A DNA stretch of 63,943 nt, filler included, from Aduncisulcus paluster (Eukaryota), in NCBI GenBank assembly GCA_024181965.1. It is 5 parts of 5 records of this genome, joined end to end, with 100 filler letters (N's around TTAATTAATTAA, not from the genome) between each part and the next. Parts side by side here need not be neighbours in the genome. Positions count along the whole stretch, not along the records: positions 1 to 18,148 come from BQXS01010810.1; 4 more parts are not named here. One strand, given 5' to 3'. The translations under genes were made by a program, and so were the position numbers. Position 1 is the first letter of the stretch, and each line of letters begins with the position of its first letter. This document shows, piece after piece, positions 9,901-17,427 of this stretch. The notes beneath the pieces were generated by a model. That model saw only the letters and a list, made by a program, of their open reading frames with translations. It made no database searches and had not been told where the DNA came from.

Positions 9901-12647
9901 TCACTTCCTCCAGCGGATTTGGCCAGTTCTGAGTTCTGAGATCCATTTGGATTCTGTTTCTTCTTTGGACTTTCATTTGATTTGGGTTGGCGTAAAATTC
10001 CCATTGGGGCAGCATGAGGAGAGCCGGGCACCATGACAAGGTTGGGAGTGTCGAGTTCTTTGAGATGATCGAAGAACCGGTTGATTAGAATATCCTGTTG
10101 TTGATCTGTATCATCAATGGAATCCTGGGATATGGAATGACGAGACACGGAGCTAAATTCCTCGGTGCTAGATTGTTGTCTTGGATCCAGTCCTGATTTT
10201 TCTTGTCGACTTGAATCCGTTTGACTCCTAGTTTGAGGATCTGATCCCATCATCATCGGTTTGGATAACAACGGTGTTCCTTTCTGTTTCTTCGTATCTT
10301 GTTCACGTCGTTCTCGAAGTTCTGAGAACAAACCCAAGATCATCTCTTTCTCTTCTTTTTTCTTTTGTTTTTCGCGCATTCTTAGTTCTTTTTTGATACG
10401 AGCTGCTCTCTCTTTCTTGAGTCTTTCTTTGCCCTGTTGCTGTGAATGCCATTCAAATTCATCTCGCTGCAGAATGGTTTCATATCGATCACCACGAAAT
10501 AAAACATTTTCAACAATCTGTGTTGAGAGGGAACAAATTGTCACACGAACTTTGTCAACAATACGAGAATGAGAGAAATTACTGGGATTTGAATTAGTTC
10601 CATCGCCAGAAGACATTTGGAAAGCACTTCTTCCCCAAATTTCAGGATCTAAAAATAGACTATGAAGCAGTGTGAGAAGTTCTTGAGAAAGAGCGTATGA
10701 AATTGACACAAGGACGTGAGTTGGTAATTTTGAGTATTCAATCCAAGAATTATGGAAATCGACATGACCCAAAATATCAACAAATAATTCTGGAAATGCT
10801 GGAGAGTGAATTAATGATTGAATTGAATCAATTGCCTTTTTTCCGGCATTCTCAAGTTGTTGCTCTTCTTTCTTGCAACAACAACGACGGCAAGAGCAAC
10901 AATGACTCGAATCTTTTCCATCGATATCTGATTTGTTCTTTTTCTTTCGATCTTTCTTCCGGTTCGATTTTTTCTTTCCTCTTTCCTCTTTCTGTGTCCT
11001 TTCTCCGTGGTAAGTCATTTCCATAATCTGATTAACACCCATATCGTCATAGAGATCCGAGGAAGAGGCGTCTACAGAATATTCTGCATCTTGAGTCATA
11101 TCGTCATCACAGCAGCAGCATTTACACCTACAGGCTTTCTTAGAGTTCCCAATGATGGAATCGGAATGGAGAGAGGACATTGTCTCGTTTGAGTATGAAT
11201 CGGGGTGGGATGTGACACTCGACAAGTCCTTGGATGATATCGACCGGCCAGACGAAACATCATCGTCAGAAACCGGTATACTCTTACTGCGTCGATGTTT
11301 AAGGAAGTTATTGTGAGAAATACTATGGCCAGAGTTTGTATTTGTCGTCGCACTGTGCAATGCCGTGCTTGTCATACCGCTTGTGCTGTTATAACTTCTG
11401 CTCGGGGATCTACTGTGTATTGGGTGCTTCTTGGAGCTCTCAATTATCATAGTTCTATTCTTCTTCCTCCATTTCTCTGCAGATTTGTGAACAATGTCCA
11501 TCATTTCAAACCTCCTGAAGACAAAGATACGATTGAATAAGTAATAGAGAGGGAGAATGATGACGGCGGAGGTGAGAATAGCAAGAAATATAATCGTGAG
11601 TGTTGAAGACATAATTGTATTGAGGATTGAATGCGTTGCAAGCCACGAGTTTTGTTGAGAATATGCGAATGAGGCTGGGAATATGTCAATGGGGGGAAAT
11701 AAGGAAGATGGCTTGACGTACATCATGAACAAATCGTTAATAAGCTTATATGCACTCACACATGTTATAAAAGACATCAAAATACCATAATAATGCAGCA
11801 ACGAATATACGTTGGATACATTTGTGAATGAGAATATCACAAAACTTAAAATACAAAATAATATGGAAAATATTGGAACAATCAATTTGTCTTCGCTCAT
11901 TTCCCTCAATATAATGACAGAGACACATTGTATGAACAAAAGAGGTCGAATAAAATATGAATATTGTGTTGAATTGACCAGAACAAGGGCAGGGCAAGTT
12001 GGAGAAGCCATCGTATGAACACATGAGACAATAACATAGAGAATGAGAGCAATTACAGATAATGTTTGACAAGGAATGAGCATCCAATAGTCAATAAATT
12101 GGAATGACGAAAGAGAATCCTGATCTAATGAATGAAATGGCTCAATAAGTATTTTCATGACAGATGCTGGAAATGATGAGAGAAAATAAAATATAATGAT
12201 AGATATTTTGACACTCTTTGGCACATAATAAAGAACATATGACCGCTTAAAAATATAATACAAAATACAAGCAGAAGATGCAAAAATCAATATCAGAAAT
12301 AGCCAATAGAATATCATCGAAATGATTGGTTTAACAACTGTACAATCATAAATCGGCAGAGACATCCAATAAACTATTTGATTTGGCACTGATGGCTCGA
12401 AAAACAAATCCTTTCGAGATATCAAGATCATAGAAAGTAGTTGTGCAAATATAACAACGCTATGAGGATATAAGTTAAAGAAATATGACAAATTATGAAA
12501 AGTAATAGTGAACATGGCTGCTACTTTCATGATAACACGTTCAATAATTGTAACATCTTTTCCAACACAATAATATTGATTATTAACATCGAAAGTGGCT
12601 AGATTATATTGCGAAAATACTCCTGAATGCTTCGCTACACCTTTCAT
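978..12647 (-). CDS. Giant (3889 aa) multi-pass membrane protein, architecture reminiscent of TmcB/TmcC-like proteins
   Basis: Intronless 11.7-kb ORF. N-terminal cluster of roughly 8-9 hydrophobic helices, a long Ser/Lys/Glu-rich region, then about four TM-ectodomain-TM modules. CDS is secure; family label is tentative. Confidence 0.85.
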   Translation of the reverse strand: MKGVAKHSGVFSQYNLATFDVNNQYYCVGKDVTIIERVIMKVAAMFTITFHNLSYFFNLYPHSVVIFAQLLSMILISRKDLFFEPSVPNQIVYWMSLPIYDCTVVKPIISMIFYWLFLILIFASSACILYYIFKRSYVLYYVPKSVKISIIIFYFLSSFPASVMKILIEPFHSLDQDSLSSFQFIDYWMLIPCQTLSVIALILYVIVSCVHTMASPTCPALVLVNSTQYSYFIRPLLFIQCVSVIILREMSEDKLIVPIFSILFCILSFVIFSFTNVSNVYSLLHYYGILMSFITCVSAYKLINDLFMMYVKPSSLFPPIDIFPASFAYSQQNSWLATHSILNTIMSSTLTIIFLAILTSAVIILPLYYLFNRIFVFRRFEMMDIVHKSAEKWRKKNRTMIIESSKKHPIHSRSPSRSYNSTSGMTSTALHSATTNTNSGHSISHNNFLKHRRSKSIPVSDDDVSSGRSISSKDLSSVTSHPDSYSNETMSSLHSDSIIGNSKKACRCKCCCCDDDMTQDAEYSVDASSSDLYDDMGVNQIMEMTYHGERTQKEERGKKKSNRKKDRKKKNKSDIDGKDSSHCCSCRRCCCKKEEQQLENAGKKAIDSIQSLIHSPAFPELFVDILGHVDFHNSWIEYSKLPTHVLVSISYALSQELLTLLHSLFLDPEIWGRSAFQMSSGDGTNSNPSNFSHSRIVDKVRVTICSLSTQIVENVLFRGDRYETILQRDEFEWHSQQQGKERLKKERAARIKKELRMREKQKKKEEKEMILGLFSELRERREQDTKKQKGTPLLSKPMMMGSDPQTRSQTDSSRQEKSGLDPRQQSSTEEFSSVSRHSISQDSIDDTDQQQDILINRFFDHLKELDTPNLVMVPGSPHAAPMGILRQPKSNESPKKKQNPNGSQNSELAKSAGGSDRDFSKIFYSDQPEWERISKWLRQESRKTSKRVTMRGSRMTWIPSDKMTIIRSLPYQSPPFSIDEFHDETVKAEEQGENSNLDDPDCEHISGTIEGYTASPFGLPSVTAVPMMTGIHRNNSFVAAGPHHIPSSRSARLPYASTIPLSSLPKEMSTSDKAIHMINKYQHPLRHFFPYLKRSLSLNTFSASSSTEHRSTICSSFSDGFWDSEAQRVRKEAFMHDIIHKYKGIHHLPALKLPSPFIDQGTDLIESLQPFLYDIAHDAAIDTILQLPNPESFLTNRHSLSSILWFFWCSVWRVKVMTESDGLLLNRGMQPFDVRETKYSVDNVLRLSTPFFFRRLATLFSVFSSHLRLVSLAKPQGILSSEKGMTANELNNNIANSHNYASYVTSVFMLNNALEDLTNLCSKLWDWFQDDEFGNESYAQSSGHPRGGAVWSDQTQGNNVFPIPRFSKSHVIFDMDKFSFVAHYVECDASCPQGVGAIIQPHVKFSERNMNLKRYYRKFKKVIDMFNFSTKVMKNFETAAMQGMKKSEIDKIFEKNPLAKALLKDHLFWDKGNIHYIHKDPIFDAFMSVFKINNVFQHMLKWIISFFFLVAGLCVVLFSWRFFDNLAQIESETSVFLAMQPSVYSVQGLSLASHFYNHYQDSVGVSTVLQAEDLFDRFKMNTQLGSYSFLSDPTQFVIFLNLFGRPLSSLNTHPALYFTSRHSYLFYDDFLQVLRQLAFQSAELKYPSQQVAVAHEIAFQQGWPSMLLNNSANITGQFEGSGKQKFYVASPLTKFVLDKYSSDIVDPFPDRSDDIKLDNERPSGDILQRGHVEQGSAFFVKNPDTQVLRRFAEESCGNVSRNKHDNPYSEWHVYDPLDPSKQMVEMCIQQPYYSVSSMFARLYSLNTTSDTLNDSDGSGVNDDSIQERWSRYGIDSDDEVELLYYSPTTFLAPRLLGTVLEERDMYEFSVLKEGSVVLQAIESFPEGTVNAVDYEHLATDEFLNRLSVYTSFDTDSIDTDAVHKIDKVKGHSFQGIQLKPIETDGYEYLFIALGAVNLLLNKDVSLFSEKLFESSLLENIPYKALHLTSDADPIFLFECYDQGLGDGEDDLCTNEYLSSIFPLSFAPVTLPFPFDWFSTSLLSLPAPVGAPSVASFLTKASFLTESYSLLNPDALNSISSAVYLEHNSHQPSVTQFTPPLLASLSMLSLDYILEFTDNLEMKYSQTHSLQISSLWSMDVILIICCLCGILAVIVVLLSVFVRKKAELCLLDVFCWYGETQRTSTNNRIRQADRIVRRRRRKWERENAEHNESQPRNEGRNSIPRLQRQMRNSKHPDLPNGGGFIPSIRSKFEQSDSSSPSHSLIQGSHHATIVRQEYPIAAQLPQPSAPAIGLTEAPSSISITSSITSVQPNTDISCSTDEDSSDFVDSANVSSRSEIVVGGSTEHSSVIDSPSGMFSSGTHTKRDNSVVLFSSPMLRNNRDNQTSGTKADDCSVKDVRTLSSLATQSSEVSGSDFEDSYTKEEFKEEEEEEHACTASSSIEIHQISSSSSSQNDEKVHPVVTAQEKKKGKHTEDEVAQGTAGEREKDDGEKDGCEEHSLKCRGVLFESNSSEGAVRPPVGKTIAEHGSKMSMLGLQSFSFSSSPSSTPADEAKKQVGSFFVPTHPFVITNSLHAHKYSESIGKSAIYIVLFFVVFAAMLCSIALFVLYHSRASPIVLGDAKGMTGDLSPLNNFTVRGIVGASEEMLVSMYGLYETIFGDDDGWEPSNSGGLGGGGLGGGGLGGLGGLSASSSGIFDEEDNISSGWSNVDDEAMTPISVAPNVFVIPIDDSEYSFNSYVNCNFFNECELPDVEMDDMPNLSAVYNPTATSPFPNFMITKSLESLLGIYSRDWQTSMSERVSTRHWVTQKYAYNEETEEHEAVNYDSVGWFKDAAISNFFPTHPTPRVLISKFFVSTLSQMICLEYPLMCEQTSIDATIDVMLEAIENEENLYETSGFVDEWLTFSSPSTLYAKYSFIHHSLTHERWQKEIPDRDFFDQRSWIYNDLIISHSELADDLWCDDRNTVLEQKWLELIESVRESDEGLKNDIVSHVRRTEQDAVILGAGLKRMYQTNVTCLIIFLISLLLFPVFLRIIMKKQRFRKLRTLPFCLLLLDVIPLLISVIAFVSTSRLSSRWNSAGIVLREKELGNYLASTSAGPMYLTTFLSSSLFYVAFGNDAPVSSILYELVNYISSTQNYIFSDVTIDDIDGLILQHLEIVSNDLCSLERRYTECMELFLNNKETMEFMNLLSDGITAGIGIVVNAAVAQTQWMFDLYSMVLAETNSNIEAASNLEELEYAWGQKNQFISAMKKLSYSASEYIDTRSAASLISFIYDSSNSLAVIKDIHGWTCALESWLKDYRHNAAYFDLSNVFDDSGLDVLKDVKEQLLYLYDEAYNWDTSQEIVEEEEEEEGEEETSEVMSEQASGDITSSSSSSSSFEESGKAMKDTSMNVLDGIIDFVGEGGTVSDAKNNMSRDSTSSSTTKSMIVISLEETEDDSEDEDNYISKKGMSRIEYFHDVFAEISQKLNQNVAFMFISLSVSVILCLTPKFFLLLLFFSPVFTHIRGKGDSQDGRIDEKSNLFSFLKNVDANYLLSAAIRYDNKKQRRDSRSSITKRSSITNTDGHGGLKPQYLHNLALHLQSNNSSSSYSYDMTGTFDPFHTITSMNGRKGRTQLQWLKDIVTQERSEWAREQENPPLGLTYRSSKFRRGETICTLIGMAIFLGLMIVICCFQPKLYKILTNESTTHIRNTLAFLPSLSRNVISCVADLQFFTQNGFEYEGSSCETEIQFFVDKFDDILHSFELPFFTISDDIAKCSQTISSDLTLYLDQHRRLLSLLRGNQEGERVDGKREYFGHIMVVYVGVVGDLIHNMKLFSEFEHVKWVWNVDLRFKIAISAFCLLALLVIVFFVYCFKVIRKNYQEIKILTWLFVWKTLQSRKIDSSSSSFQK

Positions 12648-12834
12648 ATTTAAGAACGTTCAGAAAAAACAGAATGTATCATTCTCGCTAACCGTTATGG
12701 AAATAGAAATTAACTTTCCATAATTGAGAAATCCTTAAGCATTTTAATGTGAATTATGATGGTTATTCTATTTTTGAACGTGTCCTTCCTTAGTTTCTCG
12801 ATATTACCTGAATTTGGCTGCAGAGATTTATTAT

Positions 12835-14058
12835 ATGGAATCATTTTTCTCTTTTACAACAAAGAAAAAACCAAAGAAGAAGGTGAAAGCTAAAAAAAGT
12901 GTTTCATCTAGTAGAAAAATAATTTCATATGATATCGATGTTACCTCGCCCAAATCATCAGAATATATTCCACAAAGTTGTAATTCTGTTGATTTTTTTT
13001 CGAGAATTTCAGCCTCTGTACCGTCCAAACCAATTGAATCTGATATTACAATTTCTTCGGATAAATTCATCCATTCAGACATTTCTCTCCCAATTAAAGA
13101 ATTACCAGATTTGAATTCAAATTTTAAAGGAATTGTTGCAGGTATTGGAACAATAGCCTCGTCTATTATTCCTAGAAGGCGATTAATCTATTTCTCCTAT
13201 GAAAAACGTCCCCCCTATTATGGATCTTTTAGTATCCAGGGAACTAGTTGTATTCCCCTTCTTCCTCTATCAATTGAATCCGGTATAGACTATGATGAAG
13301 ACTCTGATGGACAATGGGAGAAAGATCGGGAAGGCGATGAAGAGGAGGATATTGACGAGGAGCAAGAGATATTGAATGATCCCGAATTAATGGCTATGAT
13401 TGTTCCTGATGGATATTTGAGTGAAAGTGAGGTCGAGAACGACTCTGACCTCGACCTTTCTGATCCAGGGTCACAAAGTCTGATCATTGATGATACCATG
13501 GATGATCATCCTGACGACAGACGGTTGAGACGACCATCAATTGAGGGTATCGAGAAGGCAGAGAAAAAGCAACAGTCTTCCTCCAGAATGGCTTCATCAA
13601 CAGGCTCCAGTTCTATTGGTGGAACTTCGATGATGGCTGACAAAAGGTCAATGATGCAGAATTATTACCAGGGTAAAAAAGTGTTCCGGACTCCACTTGA
13701 ACAGCTCGTTCGTAAAGGAGGAATGAATCTTGTCTTTGGGGAAGGGTTAAAACAGAGTGGAAAGGAAGAGATTCGCCAGAGAGTGTTGTCTTCTTTTGGA
13801 GTAACCTTCACTCAACTTGGTAAGCGTAGATTGTGTGATTATAAGTTAATTGTGCCTCCTGATGTTGATAATGTCTCTGCAATCGTATCAATGCCTCATA
13901 TTACAAAGGAAGAAGCCGAGATTATCCTTAAACCTGAACTTGAAGAGGAGGAAATCCCTCATCAAGGTGAAGTTGAGGAAACTGGGATGTCAATGGATGT
14001 TTCTCAACCAATAGAGAAGAAAGAGGGGTTAATTGATACAAAAGATGAATCCCATTAA
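12835..14058 (+). CDS. CHAF1A: Chromatin assembly factor 1 subunit A (Cac1/p150)-like
   Basis: LIYFSYEKRPPYYGSFS...IDYDEDSDGQWE, an acidic tract and IVPDGYLSESE match the CAF1A core motifs RPxYxGT, DYExDSDxEWE and VPDGYLSExE. First ATG is at 12835. Confidence 0.85.
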   Translation: MESFFSFTTKKKPKKKVKAKKSVSSSRKIISYDIDVTSPKSSEYIPQSCNSVDFFSRISASVPSKPIESDITISSDKFIHSDISLPIKELPDLNSNFKGIVAGIGTIASSIIPRRRLIYFSYEKRPPYYGSFSIQGTSCIPLLPLSIESGIDYDEDSDGQWEKDREGDEEEDIDEEQEILNDPELMAMIVPDGYLSESEVENDSDLDLSDPGSQSLIIDDTMDDHPDDRRLRRPSIEGIEKAEKKQQSSSRMASSTGSSSIGGTSMMADKRSMMQNYYQGKKVFRTPLEQLVRKGGMNLVFGEGLKQSGKEEIRQRVLSSFGVTFTQLGKRRLCDYKLIVPPDVDNVSAIVSMPHITKEEAEIILKPELEEEEIPHQGEVEETGMSMDVSQPIEKKEGLIDTKDESH

Positions 14059-14564
14059 TGAATAGAAATTACATAGTATAGAATAGTTTTTTTGACATTA
14101 ATAAAAATAGTGAATTGCCAATGGAAGTGACTTCCTCTGTCAGTTTTGTTGTTTGTTGTTTTGATGATGTGTTTATTATAGGACGTAACAGGTTCTCGCT
14201 GTTTTGTAGTAGGACCTCTGATGTGATCATGTGTTGTTGGTTTTAGTTTTATTAGCAATTCAACAATTTAAGTATTTCCATTTGATTTTAAAAAATTCGT
14301 AAATTGATAATGAAACCGCTTCATTCAGAGTTTGTAATGCAAACATGTTTATCACGCGTTTTCCTTCTTTTGCATCTTGATCGAATTGGAAAAAACCATT
14401 ATTTCCATAATTGGTTTATTTTCACTTCAATTTTACGGAGTTCTCCTTCAATTTGCATGTATTTTCATCCCAACCAAACCGGTTGAACCAATAGACTAAT
14501 CTTCTCAAAATATTATATATTTAATCATAAATTTAATAGTTTAAGCTATTATTAGTTACTTTTT

Positions 14565-15263
14565 ATGCGTATAAAAAGCACTTTTATTCGCTCATATGGA
14601 GATAGAGGGTTCGATGCACTTAAAGGTCCTATTGACTTTGATTCGCCTGAAATATCTCAAATTGAAATTTCAAAATCATCAGGGGTGTTTTCTAATGGGG
14701 ATTCTGTCTTTCAACTCCCTTCCTTTATCCAAGCCGAGTATGGAATTTGTTTTCGTCGTTTATATCTTACTTTCAAAGAGCCACACTTTCTTAAATCCAT
14801 TTATTTGTGTGATTGTGGCGATGGAGGCCAAATTAGAAAGCTGGACTTTCTGTTTCACATTTCAGATGGTTCTGTTATCTCCAAACAATATGAAATCACA
14901 CAAATGGACAAAGAATGTCTTGAATGGCACTCCCTTCCCATCTGTCTTCCAGATATATCGTCGTGTGAGATTATATTTAGGTCTGGATGGTCACGTCAGA
15001 AAGATCACGGATGGTTGCATGGTATGAGGTTCTTAATCGATCAGCAAATGGAAAAGAAACTTGAGCAGTTTGCTTTAGTGCGAAGAAGAGGATTGGTTGC
15101 ACTATCTATGCAATACTCTCTCATTTGGGGTCGAAAGGAGTGGCAATGTCATGGTGAAGCATGTGAACTATTTCGTGATGGTACTTTGGTGGAAGAAGAA
15201 GAAAAAATGTCCAAAGCATTTCATAAGGAATATAAACAATCAATTTCATGTGATATTATGTGA
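14565..15263 (+). CDS. Hypothetical protein with one copy of the beta-rich domain repeated at 59734-62115
   Basis: LYLTF..P..LKSIYLC...LDFLF..SDG..ISKQYEI...EWHSLPICLPDISSCEI parallels HLSIPF..P.P.KGAYIC...LLFTFT.SDG.K..KKYEF...EWHFLPIDL.D.VLCEI. Confidence 0.8.
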   Translation: MRIKSTFIRSYGDRGFDALKGPIDFDSPEISQIEISKSSGVFSNGDSVFQLPSFIQAEYGICFRRLYLTFKEPHFLKSIYLCDCGDGGQIRKLDFLFHISDGSVISKQYEITQMDKECLEWHSLPICLPDISSCEIIFRSGWSRQKDHGWLHGMRFLIDQQMEKKLEQFALVRRRGLVALSMQYSLIWGRKEWQCHGEACELFRDGTLVEEEEKMSKAFHKEYKQSISCDIM

Positions 15264-15912
15264 TAATCAGCGCTTTTATTTTTTCATTTCCCTTTTATTT
15301 TATTCATTTTCATGTTTTTCATGCATATTTTAGATCTTTCTACTCATGTATTAAGTTATTTTATTTTTATTTTTTTTGGCCTTAAACTGCCTCAAATATG
15401 CGTTCGCAAGCTTTTCGATATCCCAAAATATACTATTCTATACTGTTTTTCTGAGATATCATCATCGTTTTTGCTCCACAGATCGTTAATTATAGCTTTA
15501 TAAGCTCATAGGAATATCCCTTCATTATGACTATGGTATTTATTTGACTGGTGATCAATATGCAGATTAATTGTCCTCAACTTGCCTTTTTGGGACTCTT
15601 TTTTTCCAATGTGAGAATGCTCGGGAAAACACAAGCCTTCATTGCTTTATTCTGCAATATCTTATCCATAGTTTGTTAATAACTATTTAATTTCTTTTTG
15701 CCTACAATTTTAAACCAAAGAAACAATAAAAGCTCTAAGCTCGACCAAAGCTAGGATCCCTTACGGACCAACAAAAATAAAAATAAATAAAAATCATTGA
15801 GAATCCTGTCGATACAAATTTTATCGATGAATCATTTCAAAATTAGTTATCCGCGGTAATTCTGCAACTTTATTTAATTCTCGTTTTGGTTTTGTTGACA
15901 TGAAAATATAAA

Positions 15913-16726
15913 ATGGGTAATTTCATTTTTTTGCATCTTCCTCTAATGCTGTTGCTGATGTTACAACAGAAAATGAAGCCTCTTCTCCTGATGACGAAAA
16001 GAAACAGGCTCGCTTTTTGTATTATAATGGTTTAGAATGGAAAAGGGTATAAATATTAAACGATTTAATGTGATCCGGTTTATCATCTTTATTGTTGGTA
16101 TCATAATGCTTATCGTTGGTGGCATTTTTGCTATAGTATAGGAAGGGATAAGCCAACTGAACCAAAAAGCAGCGAACTGGGCACAAATGCTGATCTCTTC
16201 GTCACGAGAATGAATGGACTCTCAACGCAACCTTCCCTCTCTTTGTTTGAAGATTCTCTCGTTAAGGTATATGAATTAATCATAAAAAAGGATTTAGGAC
16301 CTGATTATATGTATAGTTTTGATTGACATGTAGTTATACCATTACCAATTCGTTCAGGCTGACCAAATTGACTTTCCACCCACAGGTTCTTTTGATCTGG
16401 AAAATGATCCAATAGTTACCCTAAATGTTAGTGCGAGCTTGTATTTTCGCATTAACATTTAGACTCCAATCTTTAGCTCCGAGCGTCCGATGACTATTTC
16501 TGGATCTTCTTCTGGAACGTGTGGTTCTGCAACTGAACTCCTATGCGATGGCCAATGTGTATATGTTTCATATACCACAGAACTTAACATTGGAGTTACC
16601 CCCATAAGTAGTGCCGATTTTTCTGTGGATGACTCTGGCTGCAGAAATTTTATAAATTTCTTAAAACGACAAAAACTCTTTGGTTCTTTCTTTCGTATAA
16701 AGTTTATACATTTGAAATGTTGTTGA
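15913..16726 (+). pseudogene. Fragmented, intron-containing membrane-protein gene (pseudogene or mis-assembled gene)
   Basis: Protein-like segments in different frames: ASSSNAVADV...LEWKR, a TM-like FIIFIVGIIMLIVGGIFAI, RDKPTEP...DSLVK, LYHYQF...IVTLN and TPIFSSERPMT...SGC. The last three join in frame through GT-AG introns at ~16267-16333 and ~16427-16462. The 5' joins need frameshifts. Confidence 0.4.
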
Positions 16727-16915
16727 ATCAACAATGTTGATAGTGTAAGCAACTAATAAATTTCGCACAAAGCAGAGTTTTGCCATCATATAAGTAAAGT
16801 AATTTAAATTTAATCCGATCAACATTGAGTCACTGTTCACAATAGCCTGCAGGCTGCAGCTGGCTGATCTCAATGATTGTGAACTTATAATTTTGAAAAT
16901 AATAAAATAATAATA

Positions 16916-16978
16916 ATATTTTATTCAATGTCTCCGTATTTTCCCTTCGAATTACAGCGATATCGTGGGATTCTCTCT
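16916..16978 (+). repeat. 63-bp dispersed repeat, copy 2
   Basis: ATATTTTATTCAATGTCTCCGTATTTTCCCTTCGAATTACAGCGATATCGTGGGATTCTCTCT; four substitutions versus copy 1. Confidence 0.9.
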
Positions 16979-17181
16979 CAGAGATAAATTGTCACCAGTT
17001 TGTCTGCAAATGTGATCGATGAATAGGAAGAGAGGAGAGAAACATGACGAATTATATCAATATTTTGTATCCACAACTACTTGGATTCCATACAAATATT
17101 CCACTCCTCAAATTTTGAGGCTCAAATTTCATGATACATCCGAATAATTTGAGGTTCCATTTTAATTTTGTCACCAACAAA

Positions 17182-17394
17182 ATGGACCTGACTCCTTCTC
17201 AGATGGTAAAGAAGATTTTAAAGGAACAACGTCTTAAGTTTGTCCAACAGAATATCTCTGGCACGATTTCAAATGAGGAGTGTGCTCGACAAATTGCTCT
17301 GATCGACTCGAAGTTAGCTTGGCTATCCACACGTCCACCTCTTGATGCTGTTGATGCAGTGCTTTCTGCGTTAACTTCAACAGGTGATTTGTGA
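17182..17394 (+). CDS. Small hypothetical helical protein (~70 aa from MDLTPSQ)
   Basis: Protein-like composition and an A-rich ATG context (ACAAAATG). No motif recognised. Confidence 0.45.
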   Translation: MDLTPSQMVKKILKEQRLKFVQQNISGTISNEECARQIALIDSKLAWLSTRPPLDAVDAVLSALTSTGDL

Positions 17395-17427
17395 TACTTT
17401 TTATGATTGGTAATCCTTTCTATTCAC

